DNA of 64,000 nt, taken from NCBI GenBank assembly GCA_951406725.2, contig OX597814.1, positions 81,468,001-81,532,000 of the forward strand, written 5' to 3'. Numbering within the stretch: the first letter of the stretch is position 1; every line of letters starts with the position of its first letter. The notes below the pieces were generated by a model that was given only the letters and a program-made list of their open reading frames with translations, had not been told where the DNA came from and did not search any database. The position numbers and the translations under genes were made by a program. Below are positions 1-12,290 of this stretch, piece after piece. The DNA is from Octopus vulgaris. Taxonomy: Eukaryota.

Positions 1-619
1 GTACTTTCTTTATTGACCCTCAAAAGAATGAAAGGTAAAGTTGACATTATGAGATTTGAATTCAGAGCACAGAGAACCAGAACAAATACTGCCATACTAA
101 CAACACTAGCTACCTCTCAAGAATAATGGAAGTCTATGATGACACTGGATTCAAAGCTTGGATTATAAAAGCAAAATAATTCTTTCTAATTTTGGCACAA
201 GGCCAAGCAATGTAAGCTGATTCCATTAACCCTGTACTTGATTGATACTTCATTTTTATTAACCCTGAAAGGATGAAAAGCAAAATTGACCTCATTAAGA
301 TTTGAACTCAAAATGTAATGCATTAAAACACATGCCTCTAAGCATTTTGTCTGGTGTGGTAATGATCCTACCATCTTGCTGCCTTATTATAGTTAAATTA
401 TAAAAGACACTCAGATAGCTCTTTACCATCACTGCCATTATTTCAGTTTGAAACCATCATCATCATCATTGCCATTTTTATGCAGTGGTGTTGCATTATT
501 CTATGCAGCATTACTTACTGATACACTTACTGATGCTCTTCTTGTCACCAATTTTATTTGTTCAAGAAAGGTACTTCTTTATTCAACTTGTGTTCTCATA
601 TTGAAGCTACTGAGCTATA

Positions 620-970
620 TTTTATCTTTCAACTGTTTCAGTCATTGGACTGTTGCTATGCTGGGGCACTTCTTCAAAAGGTTTTGTCAAACAAATCAAC
701 CCCAGTACTTTTTTCCTAAGTTTGACACTTATTCTATCAGTCTCTTTTCCCAATCCACTAAGTTACATAAACAAACCAGCACCGGTTGCCAAGTGGGGGG
801 CAGGGAACATATACAGTCAGACAGGTATATACACACATGTATTATGGGCTTCCACACAGTTTTCTTTCTACCAAATTCACTCCCAAGGCATTGTTCAGCC
901 AAAGCTATAGTAGAAAACACTTTTCCAAGGCATGACACAGTGGTATTGAACCTAAAACCATGTGGTTGTT
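620..970 (-). mobile_element. Degenerate SINE (family A, as at 44069)
   Basis: Reverse-strand similarity to the 44069-44467 copy (tttcagtcattggactg...gctggggca tail end; ccaaggc...cacagtgg.attgaacc head). Confidence 0.7.
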
Positions 971-2019
971 ATCATTTACTGAAGATGTAAAGAAATGTCT
1001 CTCTTATTCAGAGTTATGTGTAAACAAGCACACACACACACAATAGTTTGATTCAACTCTACATTACTTAGTTTTGTGAATGTAAAACATGTCTGGGTTA
1101 TTAAATATTGATTTCAAATTTTGGCACAAGGAGGGAAGTCAATCACATCAACCTCAGTGTTCAACTGGTACTTATTTTATTGACCCTGAAAGGATGAAAG
1201 GCAAAGTCTACCTCCACAGAAATTGAGCTCAGACAAAATGCTGTTAAGCATTTCAACCAGTGTGCAAATAATTCAGCCAACTTGCCACCTTAGGTATGTA
1301 TCCATATACATACATAATTATATACATATCTACCTATGCACACACAAACATACACACATACATACACACACATACATACAACAGGTTTTATAAAGAGTTT
1401 TTACCTACCAAATTGCACTCACAAATTTCACTCACCAAATTTCAACCAAAGACTAAAGTAAAAATCACTTGACGTGATTGAGGAGAAGATATCATAACCA
1501 CACTTCTGTGCTTGCATCTATAAATAAAATAGTTTCATAAACATTAACAATGACATTGGCCAACCAAAGACATCTGACATGATTGGGAAGGGAACTTCAT
1601 ATCCACATATCCACGCCTGTACCTATAAATAAAACCATTTTATAAATATTAACAATAGAAGTCTTTTGCTTTAGTGAAGTGGTAAAGGGATTTAAGATAA
1701 TGCCATATATCAATATTCCATGATATCATATATTATTGGTTTTTAACCTTTGAATTCTTTATATGAAGTCTAAATATATTTTCATTGACAGAATGAATAC
1801 ATCATATTATCTTAACAGCAGCAGATTCCTCCAAATAAAGCACATATACATGCATACACATACTTCACATGCATGCACGCATACACACACGCACGCACAC
1901 ACAATTTTTTTAGTTATTTTTTAGCATATTTTTTGTTTTGTTCCCTTGTTTATTTTTTAACATATATCAACTTTATTCATTGACTGCATAATATTTAACC
2001 TGTAGAAAAACAAATAGAA

Positions 2020-2692
2020 CACAAATGAGCTGAGAGAGTTGCTAGGGATTGAAAGCATCAGCTGATGTGTGTTGAAGCAGAAGACTATGCTGGTATAGAC
2101 ATTTAATGTAAATGGAACAATATAAAATGGAGGATGAAGAATGACATTTGCACTCAGTCAATGAAACTTGTAGAACAGGAACACAATACAAGGAAAATGT
2201 GTGAATAAGTAATGAGTTCCATTATCAGGATGCTTGAACCTCAAAGGGCAGACAACAAAATATTAAGGCAATTGGCAATGTCTTGCAAAAATGGAGGCTA
2301 GACAGGGGACGAATTGGTGAAAATGGATCTTCAGAAGCTGGGCCTCACTGAGATAATGACAATGGACCACATGATGTGGTGATTTGCTGTACTTGAGAAG
2401 ATGCATCAAGCCAAGTAAAATCACTCTCATCCATACATACAGGCATGTCCTTTACAAGTGCCAGTGCAACATAAAATGCACTCGTGCCAGTGCAGCATAA
2501 ACACACTCTAGCCAGTGGCACATAAAAACTACCCAGTCCACACTTTAAAGCAGTTGACATTAGGAAGGGCATCCAGCCATAAAACCATGCCACAACAGAC
2601 AATTGGAGTTTTGATAGCTCCCCGGCTGACCAGCTCCTGTAAAACTGTCCAATCAGTGCCAGTATGGAAAACAGACATTAAACAATGATGAT
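2020..2692 (+). mobile_element. RTE-like LINE 3' fragment
   Basis: Similar to the reverse complement of 9460-10000; ends in GGAAAACAGACATTAAACAATGATGATG, a (GAT)n tail. Confidence 0.65.
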
Positions 2693-2709
2693 GAAAAGAA
2701 CACTGAATT

Positions 2710-2990
2710 GGTGTACAGTGGAGCAGAACCACGTATCAGTAGAGTGGAAATGAAGGAGAGTAGAGACAACAATGTGGATATACAGTGGTATAGAAATATG
2801 ATAACACATTGTTGTAGCATACCAGAGAAATAGAGATACAGTGGAACAGTGTACTGAAGGAGCAGAGATGCAGTAGTGGTGTAGAAATACAGGTAAGTAG
2901 AGATAGAGTGGTATATAGGTACAGTGGAGTAGAGATATGATAGGCCAGTGTAGTTGTGCATTAATGAAATAAAGGTACAGTGGGGGTAAA
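2710..2990. repeat. Degenerate minisatellite, about 20-bp unit (GGTACAGTGGAGTAGAGATA-like)
   Basis: Recurrent TACAGTGG / TAGAGATA words at roughly regular spacing. Confidence 0.6.
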
Positions 2991-3778
2991 GTTTCAGTGA
3001 TTAAGTGGTAAATGTATGAAAAAAAAATCACTTGATACCATTTTTGAGAAGAATAAATGAAGGAATTCAATAGAGCAAGTATTTGATAAATGGTAAAAGC
3101 AATATGAGCAAAACAAAACACAAAATTTATGTGCAACCAATATTAGACAAGAACAAAATGAATTAAGGAAGGAAAATATGAGAGAAAGAAAAAAAACAAG
3201 AAATAAATGAAAATGCAATGTATTTGGAATTGTTCTTAGACATTTTGCCACAAAATGCCATTTGCTTGCCACAAATTCCACTGTATTAAGAGGCTGTCTT
3301 TGATAACTCATAAAGGGAAGCTTTGATATTGTTTTCTTTTTCCCTTTCTCTCTCTCTTTCTCTCCCTCTCTCACACACACACACTACAATGTATTTTTTT
3401 TAATCTTCTAAATCAATAATCAAAATTCTTTTATGGATTCTTCAGAATTCTGTTATTTCTCAATAGTTTGAGCCATTAACCAAAAATAAATTAATATAAC
3501 ATAATATAACACAGTATAAAATAAAATGAAATAAAATAAGATAGAAAATATAAATATAGTTAAAATGTAAAGATAGAAAAGTAGATTGAATCAGAATGGA
3601 ATGGTATTGACAGCTGAACTATTTTGATTAAAATAAGGTGAGTTTTATGTTCATGATTTAGCTCCCAGGAACGGTTAGAACTAAGAATTATTATTTTTAC
3701 AAAATTCTATACAACATTCTTTGCTGGATTTAGAAACATCATGGGACCTTCTGCCTTCCTTTCTCCCTTTATTTCTTT

Positions 3779-3813
<35 letters not shown>

Positions 3814-4214
3814 GAGAGAGACATATACATACATTTCTCTCTCTTTCACACTTTTTTGCTAATTATAATATTTAGCAAAAATGTGTGAGAGCGAGAGAAA
3901 TATATGTATACATGTGTATGCTATTTAACATTACATTATAAAAGCCTACTTGTGCAATATAATCACAAAGATTATCCATAGGGCCAGAAAATTGCCTTGG
4001 ATTTCTGAAAGCATTATGTAATTGAAAGGTAAATATCTAAGTGGTAGGATGATGGTGCCTCATATTCTGGTTTGCTTCTTTTACTAAATGAAGAGCAAGA
4101 TTTCTCAACACTGCAAGCTAATGAATCCCTTGTTAATTCCATTGTACCACCACTGCTTACAAGAGTATGCATACATATAGGAATAAATACAACTGTGTAC
4201 ATGCTCAAGCATGT

Positions 4215-4420
4215 CTATATATGTGTATATATAGATAGATAGATGTGTGTGTAAGTATGTTTGTGTATGTATAAGTTGATGTGTGCATGTATAAGTATGT
4301 GTCTATAAGTGTGTGTGTGCATAAGTATATGTGTGTGTATATGTAAGTATATATGTATGTGTGTGTATAAGTATATATGTATGTGTGTGTGTATAAGTAT
4401 GTGTGAGTCTGTATATATAA
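4215..4420. repeat. Compound TG/TA microsatellite (TGTGTATAAGTA-like)
   Basis: Directly visible. Confidence 0.85.
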
Positions 4421-4421
4421 A

Positions 4422-5310
4422 CAGGGTGCGTAAGATATTTGAGCACAGATTTATGTTCACAAAAGAAAAACAGATATATAATAACAGATAATAACTTAAT
4501 TTATTAAAGAATGCTATGAGGATAAAAATAAACCTTCTTTTCTATAATGTTATTCAATAAAGCCACCTCCAGCTTCAGCAACTGCTTCTATATGAGATCT
4601 AAATCACCTACATTCTTGAATCAAGTGGTCCTGGTTCATTTTGGACATTACTCTAGCTATGACAGCTTTCAAAGAGTCTTTGGGGCTATGGGCATATTCA
4701 TTGGCCTCTCCCTCAACAACGCTCCACGTGTAATAGTCCAATGGATTGAGATCTGGGGAATTAGGAGGCCAAATGTTAGGGGTTATGTGATCATGAAAAT
4801 TTTCAGCAATCCATTCCTGTGTTACTAGAGCCAAGTGTGATAGTGCAGAGTCTTACTGAAGCACATATGGCCTTCCATTGCATACACTGTCTATCTAGGG
4901 CTTAACAATTATTTCCAGGACTCAATGTAGGCAGTAGAGTTAACTCTAAGGCCTTGTGGAAAGAAGTAAGGAGGCATCACATGTCCTTCATAGCTGAAAA
5001 CCCCTAAAACCATGACAGTAGCAGGAAATTTTGTATGCATAACCCTTGGAACTTCAGAAGGTTCTGCACATAACCATCTGTCATTGCTTCTCTTAACTTT
5101 TTGATTTTGGTCGAAGTTTTTCTCATTTGAGAAAAACCAAATCAAATCTTCTTCTGCTGGATTTCTCAGTTTGTTTAAGAGCCTTTTAGATCCGATGTAG
5201 TGATTTTCTTTTGCTTTTTCTGACAAATTGACCTTTCCTCATCATATAAGACTTATATCTGATGTCTTCATGGGCAACATTTCTGACTGTTCCTTCTGAC
5301 ACATGGAGAT
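4422..5310 (-). mobile_element. DD37D (maT) Tc1/mariner-superfamily transposon, 5'-truncated, pseudogenised
   Basis: Motifs WFFSNEKNF, VMVLGVFS, Q*DSALSH and WPPNSPDLNPLDY, with 37 residues between the 2nd and 3rd Asp. Internal stops and a frameshift. Terminal CAGGGTG at 4422. Confidence 0.85.
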
Positions 5311-5343
5311 GTGTGTATATATATATATGATTGTATGTGTATA

Positions 5344-5735
5344 TCTTTATATATAAAAGTAAGGTTGTGTGTCTGTCTACTCCGATTTAGATTCCTAAGT
5401 ACTCCCACATTTTGCGGTGCAGTTTAACCAAAACTGGGTATCTTATAGTCGTGATTCATATCGAGCCCTTCTGGGTATTAGCGCGTCTACGATGAGTCTA
5501 CGATTTTAAAAATAATTTACCATCATTTTTTTCCATTTTAATGCTTATTTTTTTAATATAAGGGAAGTAACTCTCTAAAAATGTCTACGATGAGTCAACG
5601 ATTTAAAAAAAAAATTTACTATCATATTTTTTCCATTTTTAATGCATTTTTTGCTATTTTTTGGCTATAACTCTCTAAAAATGCTTTATAGTTATTTCCC
5701 TTACAAACCCGAGCAACGCCGGGCGATACTGCTAG
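5344..5735 (+). mobile_element. Non-autonomous Helitron, copy 1
   Basis: 5' TC, 3' CTAG, subterminal hairpin CCCGAGCAACGCCGGG, inserted between A and T; ends shared with 36450-36951. Confidence 0.85.
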
Positions 5736-5744
5736 TTTATATAT

Positions 5745-5757
5745 AAACATATGTATG

Positions 5758-5830
<73 letters not shown>

Positions 5831-5905
5831 GTATATATATATGATTATATGTGTGTATATATATATATGTATTGTGTATATGTATATATATGTGTGTGTG
5901 TGTAT
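5745..5905. repeat. (TA)n/(TG)n microsatellite
   Basis: Directly visible. Confidence 0.9.
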
Positions 5906-5927
5906 CTATATTATAATTTTGATAATA

Positions 5928-5985
5928 GTTTGAGTCACTTAAGGTTTCATGGGCTGTGGAACACAGCTATCTCATCAGATTAAAC
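5928..5985 (-). ncRNA. Degenerate type-I hammerhead ribozyme motif
   Basis: Minus strand: gtttaat CTGATGA gata GCTGTG ttc CACAGC ccat GAAAC cttaa GTG actcaaac. Confidence 0.5.
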
Positions 5986-7216
5986 AAATTAAGAATTGAC
6001 AGATTGGTGATAACTGTAGCACTTTATTAGCAGATTTATCTTCATTTGACTAGGTTTTATTGAACAACTTAGTGATTGCTGTAGATTTTCCATTTTATAT
6101 ATTGGCAACACACGTTTTCAACTATGTTTTAAAATGTGTGGAATAAGTCTGGTAGTTTGTTTCAATGTTCTATGATTAAGTTTTAGAATTCTTGGAGTCT
6201 CAATGTCTATTTTAATGATATTTATATTTTCTATATTTATTTTTTAAAATTTCTGTACTTTGTAGCTATATGTATCTGATGATTTATAAATGAGATTTAA
6301 TATTTGTGTTTGTGCTTTGTAGCAATAAGAAAACGTAGACATCATAGACATGATGTTTGGCCCCTGCTTCTCATCCATTAATTCCCAGGTAATATTTATA
6401 GCTTTAACACTGTGGACACTGCTAGATTGAATGGTACTGCCTAAGTGTCAAAACCATAATGAATCTGTGAGGCAGCTGATGGTGGATGTAAATTATTAAT
6501 GTACTTGTTGACTGTGAACTTTTTGTATGTTGTCTTCTCATGCTTCTAAATTATCTTTCATTGAAATTCTTGTTCCTGTAGGGTTAAACTTGTTTAAGGT
6601 TTCTTGGTTTATCATGCATTTTAATTTATTTTATTTTTTTGTATATATTATGTATTGACACTGCATGGTTGTCCTTTGTAGGAATTCTAATTCTGGTAAG
6701 AGTAATATTTGTTTAGGAGTTTCTAGATTATAGAGTTCTTGTTGCATATATATGCTGGCATCCTCCATATTACAGTTAACTCAAGTCATGGGATTTCGTG
6801 CTTACAGAAATTGTAACTTATGACCATTAATTTTAGGGTATGACCTGTAATTTCAAACTTACAGAAACTCATATTGCATAGTTTTAAATTAACAGTTTAA
6901 AACTTCACTTTCTTCCTAATTCAATGGCCACTTGTGTTTTAGTTAGGATCAAATTATATAGTTAATGAGTTGAAAAACTATCATCACATTACACACATAC
7001 ATGCACATGTATATATATTATGTATAATGTACATAAAGTGTGTGTGTGTGTGTGCGTGAGTGTGTGTGTGGGTATACACATATGTATATACGTATAAGTA
7101 CATGCATGTATGTGTAGGTGCATGTGTGTTTCTGCCATCAACCCAAACACAATCACCAACAGCAACAGTAATATATGAACTAGATAAGCAAATTCATTTA
7201 AAATATATTTCTAAAT

Positions 7217-7403
7217 TGCCCACAAGGGGCTAAACACAGAGGAGAGAAACAAGGACAGACAAACGGATTAAGTCAATTACATCGACCCCAGTGCATAACT
7301 GGTACTTAATTTATTAACCCCGAAAGGATGAAAGGCAAAGTCGACCTCGGCGGAATTTGAACTCACAACGTAATGGCAGAAGAAATACGGCTACGCATTT
7401 CGC
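7217..7403 (-). mobile_element. SINE family B (central GCCTTTCATCCTTTCGGGG...AAGTACCAG domain), well-preserved partial copy
   Basis: The same domain recurs near 1-100, 190-385, 1110-1290, 10628-10822 (+), 19105-19317, 30545-30690, 34645-34855, 46975-47095 and 47960-48085; B-box-like GAGTTCAAATTCC. Confidence 0.8.
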
Positions 7404-7699
7404 CAAATCATGTACTGTGGTGTCCAAGTGTATTTTAAAAGTTAAATTAAATGTTTTTGATCTTAGATCTATGTGGGTTGACTTGAGACTAAACAGTCAC
7501 AGCAATACAGTTAGCAAGAATATAACCATTACAACACCAACAATACCCGCCCGCCATCACTAACATCTAAACCAATGCAACCTACATCATCCTTACTATC
7601 AACCCATCAACTTTTGAATCCAACTGGCTACAACAGATATCAACATGTATGCCAGCACATGTCTGTGTGTGTGTATGTTTTAAGTTAGAAGTGCAAGGG

Positions 7700-8350
7700 A
7701 TAAATTGTCTATAAAATCTGATGAGCCTTCTTTTAGAAACTGCACCAAGCCACCCAGCAAACTTAGATGACCTTACTGATAATGTGAGAGTAGAATATAT
7801 CCCTAAGAATACAAATTCTTTGCTCCAACCAACAGATCAAAGTGTGGTAGCTAACTTCAAGGCATATTATATGAGAACTTTCAAACAACTTATGGAAGCA
7901 ATTGACAGGGAGAATAATCTTACAGTTAGAGATTTCTGGAAAAAATTCAACATAATGGATGCTGTGGATAAGAAATCTTTAACTTTGAATAGTACATGGA
8001 ATAGTGACATTACAAGTTTTCCTCAAGCAAAGTCTACATCAAATTCAGAAAGATTATTATAACACTTACAAAGGATGTAGGATTTGAAGAAATCATAAAG
8101 GATGATGTGATTGAGCTGCTAGTGTCCCAGAAAGAAAGTTTATCTAATAAGGTGCCAATGCTGGAAAAAGAACAAGCTGAGAATACAGGTGAGACTACAG
8201 AAATACACTGCTTGAATTGGCTACAGAAATTATGGGTTGGGTTTTATATCTGTAGATTTTTACTGATAATGATCCTAATTGTGAATATAACATAAAAGTT
8301 ACTAGAGGAGTTTACAATGAGCTCAGTTCCTATACTGAGCTGTACAAAGA
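7700..8350 (+). mobile_element. pogo/Tigger transposase DDE-domain fragment
   Basis: LLLETAPSHP...YIPKNTNSLLQPTDQSVVANFKAYY...VRDFWKKFNIMDAV matches the Tigger pattern DNAPxHP/NTTSLxQPMDQGVI/FKAYY. Confidence 0.85.
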
Positions 8351-9457
8351 GATGATGCATCTTAAACAGCATACATTTTTGGATAAGTTCTTCATCCCTC
8401 AAGCTGATATTCATGATAGTGAGATAAAAGATAATGTTGCATAGATGAATATGCATATGAGGCTGAATGTGAATAATATAAAACCAAGCAAACATTTAAT
8501 AACTTTTATTTCCCTGCACATGTAATATTGAGATTGGTCATGAATTATAAAGTTCCACTGCAGGTCAACACAATTGAAGGAATTCAGTAATGTTCATAAA
8601 TAGTTGGTTACAAAAGCGCTGTACTGAGATTTGTCAAAACAGAAGGAAATATACACAGTAGATTCATTTACCAACTAAATCGGCATATCTAAGTTGAGCA
8701 GACAGTCATGAAAATTACTTACAAATGGCAAGAGAGAGTATGTAGCAGGTCCACAGGTTACCATGCACTCTAAAAGTTGGCACTGAAAATAAGCCTTTAT
8801 GCAACCCTTGTACTGAGATATTCCAGAAGGATCTAGATTGATCTTTCATGTGATTTATGGCTGCTGATTGGTTAATAACTAAACCTTTCACGTGAACAAG
8901 GTTATACTATACCATGACTTAAACTTCATAATTCAACAAATCGGTTTTGAATCTTGCTGCAATAGTAAATATTGTCCTTCATCCTCCTAGTAATGCTCAA
9001 TCCACCACAGTAGTCAATATCTTTTGTAGTAGGAACATACTCCTATGATATTACAATTCTTATTAATTCCCAAATGTATTCCTCTGGAAATGATTTTGTG
9101 TATCTATATTGTACCATGTATGTTTAGAAATTGTTTATTTTCATGTATAAAGATGATTGTGTTGCTTGTTCTATGTTGTTTTCTTGTAGGTTTTTTTGTT
9201 TTGCTTTTTGCTTTTTGTGTTTTTTTTTTAAAAAGTCCGTAGGAACACAATCTCAATATGAAAATCAATAGTAAAATTAATTTGCATTATGGTAAGATTT
9301 TATTAACTAACTATTTTTACCATGCCCATTTGGATCTCATTTCTTTGTTATATATATATATATATTGATCTTTTTTCTCTCCTTGTTTTTTCTGTGTCCC
9401 TGTCTTCGTCTTTTATTTTTTTTTCGTAAACTCTCCCCATATATATATATATATATA

Positions 9458-10555
9458 ATCATCATCATCATTCAATGACTGTTTTCATGCTGGCATAGGT
9501 TGGACGGTTTGACAGGAGCTGGCCAGACTCCAATTGTCTGTTTCAGCCAACCACTTTACAGTGTGTGCTAGGTGCTTTTTACATGCCAACAACATGGATG
9601 CAACTACGCAGCACTGGCACAAGAGCATTTTACATGGCACTGGCACCTGCAAAGAACATGCCTGTATGTACAGATGACTGTGATTTTACTTAGCTTGACA
9701 TGTTTTCTCAAGTACAGCAAATCACCATAACTCCTGGTCCATTGTCATTTCGTCACTGAGGCCCAGTGTTTGAAGATCCTTTCTCACCACTTTGTCCCAC
9801 ATCTTCCTGAGTCTACCCTTTCCACAGGTTCCCTCCGCAATTAAAGATCAGCTCTTCTTTAAGTATCTGTCCTCATCTATATGCATCACATGATCAAACC
9901 AGTGCAGTCTTCTCTCTTGCATACAGCATTTTATGCCTCTTATATCCAGTTTTCCTCTTAAATCATTTACAGTCATGTGTGCTCACTGACATTTACCCAT
10001 CCAGCTGAGTAAGCTAGCTTCATTTCTTTCAAGCCTTCACAAATCCTCTAGTCATAACCCATGTTACAGTCATGTAGCATAGCTGTATGTACTAGACCTC
10101 ATACAATCAGCCTTTCACTCTAAGAGAGAGGCCCTTAGTTACCAACAGAGGTAGAAGCTCTCTGAACTTTGCCTACCCATTCTTATTCTAGCAACTCCAC
10201 TTTCAGAACTTCCTCCTCCACGGCTAACTTGGTTACCTAGGTAACAGAAGATATCTACTACTCCTAAGGATCCCGCTGAGCATTTGAAAAAGTCTATTGC
10301 CTGTGCATTTTTAGTGCTTATTGTACCTGCACATTTGCCACACACAAAGTCTATTTTCTTTGTAAACCTTCATATCATACCACTACAGCTCTTATGTGTT
10401 CAAATCTTGCACTGGATACAACATATGGAGTTTCTTATATATCAAGTAGGCCATCTCCCTGAAGAGATTTGTGATTTGTCTGTCTGCTTACTAGGACTTT
10501 GGTCTTAGCTAAATTAATTAGGTTCCAGGCCTTGCTTCCACACCTGAAATTTCTT
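9458..10555 (-). mobile_element. RTE-clade LINE, 3' fragment, degenerate
   Basis: INLAKTKVL, FCYLG and SESGVARIRMG motifs of the RT C-terminal region; (GAT)n tail at 9458-9472. Confidence 0.75.
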
Positions 10556-10827
10556 TTCTCTCTCTCTCTCTCATATATGTCCCATTCAAGACATTTGATT
10601 CCTCTCCTCTATATATTGCCTCTCTAAAGTGGCAAGCCGGCAGAATTGTTACTGTGCTGGTGGCATTTCATCTGCCTTTATGATCTGAGTTCAAATTTCT
10701 CTGAGGTCACCTTTGCATTTCATTATTTCTGAGTTGATAAAATAAGTACCAGTTGAGCACTGGAATTGTAATCAACTTACCCCAGTCTCTGAAATTACTG
10801 GCCTTCTACCAAAATTTGAAAGTAATA

Positions 10828-12118
10828 CGAGGGGCGTTCAATAAGTAATGACCCTGACCCACTTCCCATAGCAGTAGAGCAACGAAACTTGGCACAGTTA
10901 TTAGTCTTTTTCTACATAGGAACCACCCAGAGTTACGCATTTCTCCCATCGTTTGATGCAGCTCTGGAGACCGTTTTTGTAGAAGAACCCAGCTTGGTCC
11001 TCCAACCTCAACGTGACTTCAGAAATCAAGGCTGCATCATCTGGGAAACACTTTCCTTTCAAAAACAACTTCATGATTGGGAAGAGGTGAAAATCAGAGG
11101 GTGCAAGGTCAGGAAAGTAGGGGGGATGGGGAGGAGTTCATAGCCATATGCCTGTGCTTCTGATCTGGCGACAAGCGAGTTGTAGACCGGAGCGTTGTCC
11201 TGCAGGAGGAGGATGCCTTTGCTGATCTTGCCCCACCTCTTGATTTTGATAACTTCTCTTAATTTCCTCAAAAGTGAAACATAATAGGCTCCTGCAATTG
11301 TGGTACCCTTTGCCAGGAAATCTGTCATCACTACTCCGTCCTGGTCCCAGAAGACTGTGAGCATGACCTTGCCAGCGGAGGGCTGCACCCTTGCCTTCTT
11401 TGGAGGGGGTGAGTCACAGTGCTTCCACTGCATTGACTGGGCTTTGGTCTCTGGATCATCGTGATGGACCCAGGTTTCATCCTGTGTAATCAGTCTTTTG
11501 AGAAATTTTGACTCATCTTCTTGGCACATCTCCAAATTCACCCTCGAGCACTCAACGCGTTCTTGCTTCTGGAAAGGCGTGAGCAACCTGGGAATCCATC
11601 TGGCAGACACCTTTTGCATATGCAAATGGTCATGAATGATAGTTTCCACAGACCCGGTACTAATCTTGACCTCATGGGCTATTTGGCGAATAGTTATACG
11701 TCGATCTTCCAAAATGGCAGCCTCAACTTGACGGACAGATGCCTCATCAATGGCAGAAGGGGGCGACCAGATCTGGGAGCTGTTTCCACAGAGTTCCGAC
11801 CATGTTTGAATTCATGATGCCAGCGTTTTACAAGGTCATATGATGGGGCATCATCACCATAAGTTACTTTCATTTCATCAAAAGTCTCCCGTGGTGTGCA
11901 TCCTTTCAAATACAAAAACCGGATCACTGCTCGACACTCAACAGGCTCCATTTCACACTTGACTCGGTTCAAACACCTGTAAATCAGAAACCACAATTAA
12001 TTCAGAGCTGTAATTTGCCACTTACTCTATAGAGATATAAATGATTGCACATGCAAAATTTCAGCTAGATCAAACAACTGCAAGTGAGTCAGAGGCATTA
12101 CTTATTGAACGTCCCTCG
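10828..12118 (-). mobile_element. Full-length mariner (DD34D, irritans-like), copy 1; transposase 10901-11951 with two frameshifts
   Basis: TA target duplications; TIRs CGAGGG(G/A)CGTTCAATAAGTAATG; motifs WIPRLLT, TQDETW, LQDNAP and PDLAPSD; 1291 bp. Confidence 0.95.
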
Positions 12119-12238
12119 TATCTCTGAGGTTCTGTAATAGTCAAACCCCAGGCCTCCCTACCCATCTCTTTTTAAAATTCCCTTTTCTTTTCTCCATCAA
12201 CATCATTCCTGCATATGTGGATGCTGAATGGCTATCCT

Positions 12239-12290
12239 ATCAGTCATACCTGTTTCAGAGAGCATGCTGCAAGCTCTCATCAGCACTGAT
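12239..12290 (-). ncRNA. Type-I hammerhead ribozyme motif (relic)
   Basis: Minus strand: ATCAGTg CTGATGA GAGC ttgcagcat GCTC tct GAAAC ag GTA tg ACTGAT; stems I and II are visible. Confidence 0.6.

Noticed and set aside
448-990. 180-aa plus-strand ORF
   Set aside because: It runs antisense through a SINE, has a non-ATG start and no protein-like motifs.
2710-2990. Regularly spaced repeats as a CRISPR-like array
   Set aside because: Degenerate tandem minisatellite with no unique spacers and no cas genes; eukaryotic context.
5751-5983. YI-, CV- and LS-rich ORFs here and at 4215, 13541, 15540, 17289 and 42412
   Set aside because: They are translations of microsatellites.
7718-7745. CTGATGAG...GAAAC as a hammerhead
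   Set aside because: No stem II, stem I or GUH; it lies inside the Tigger transposase coding fragment.
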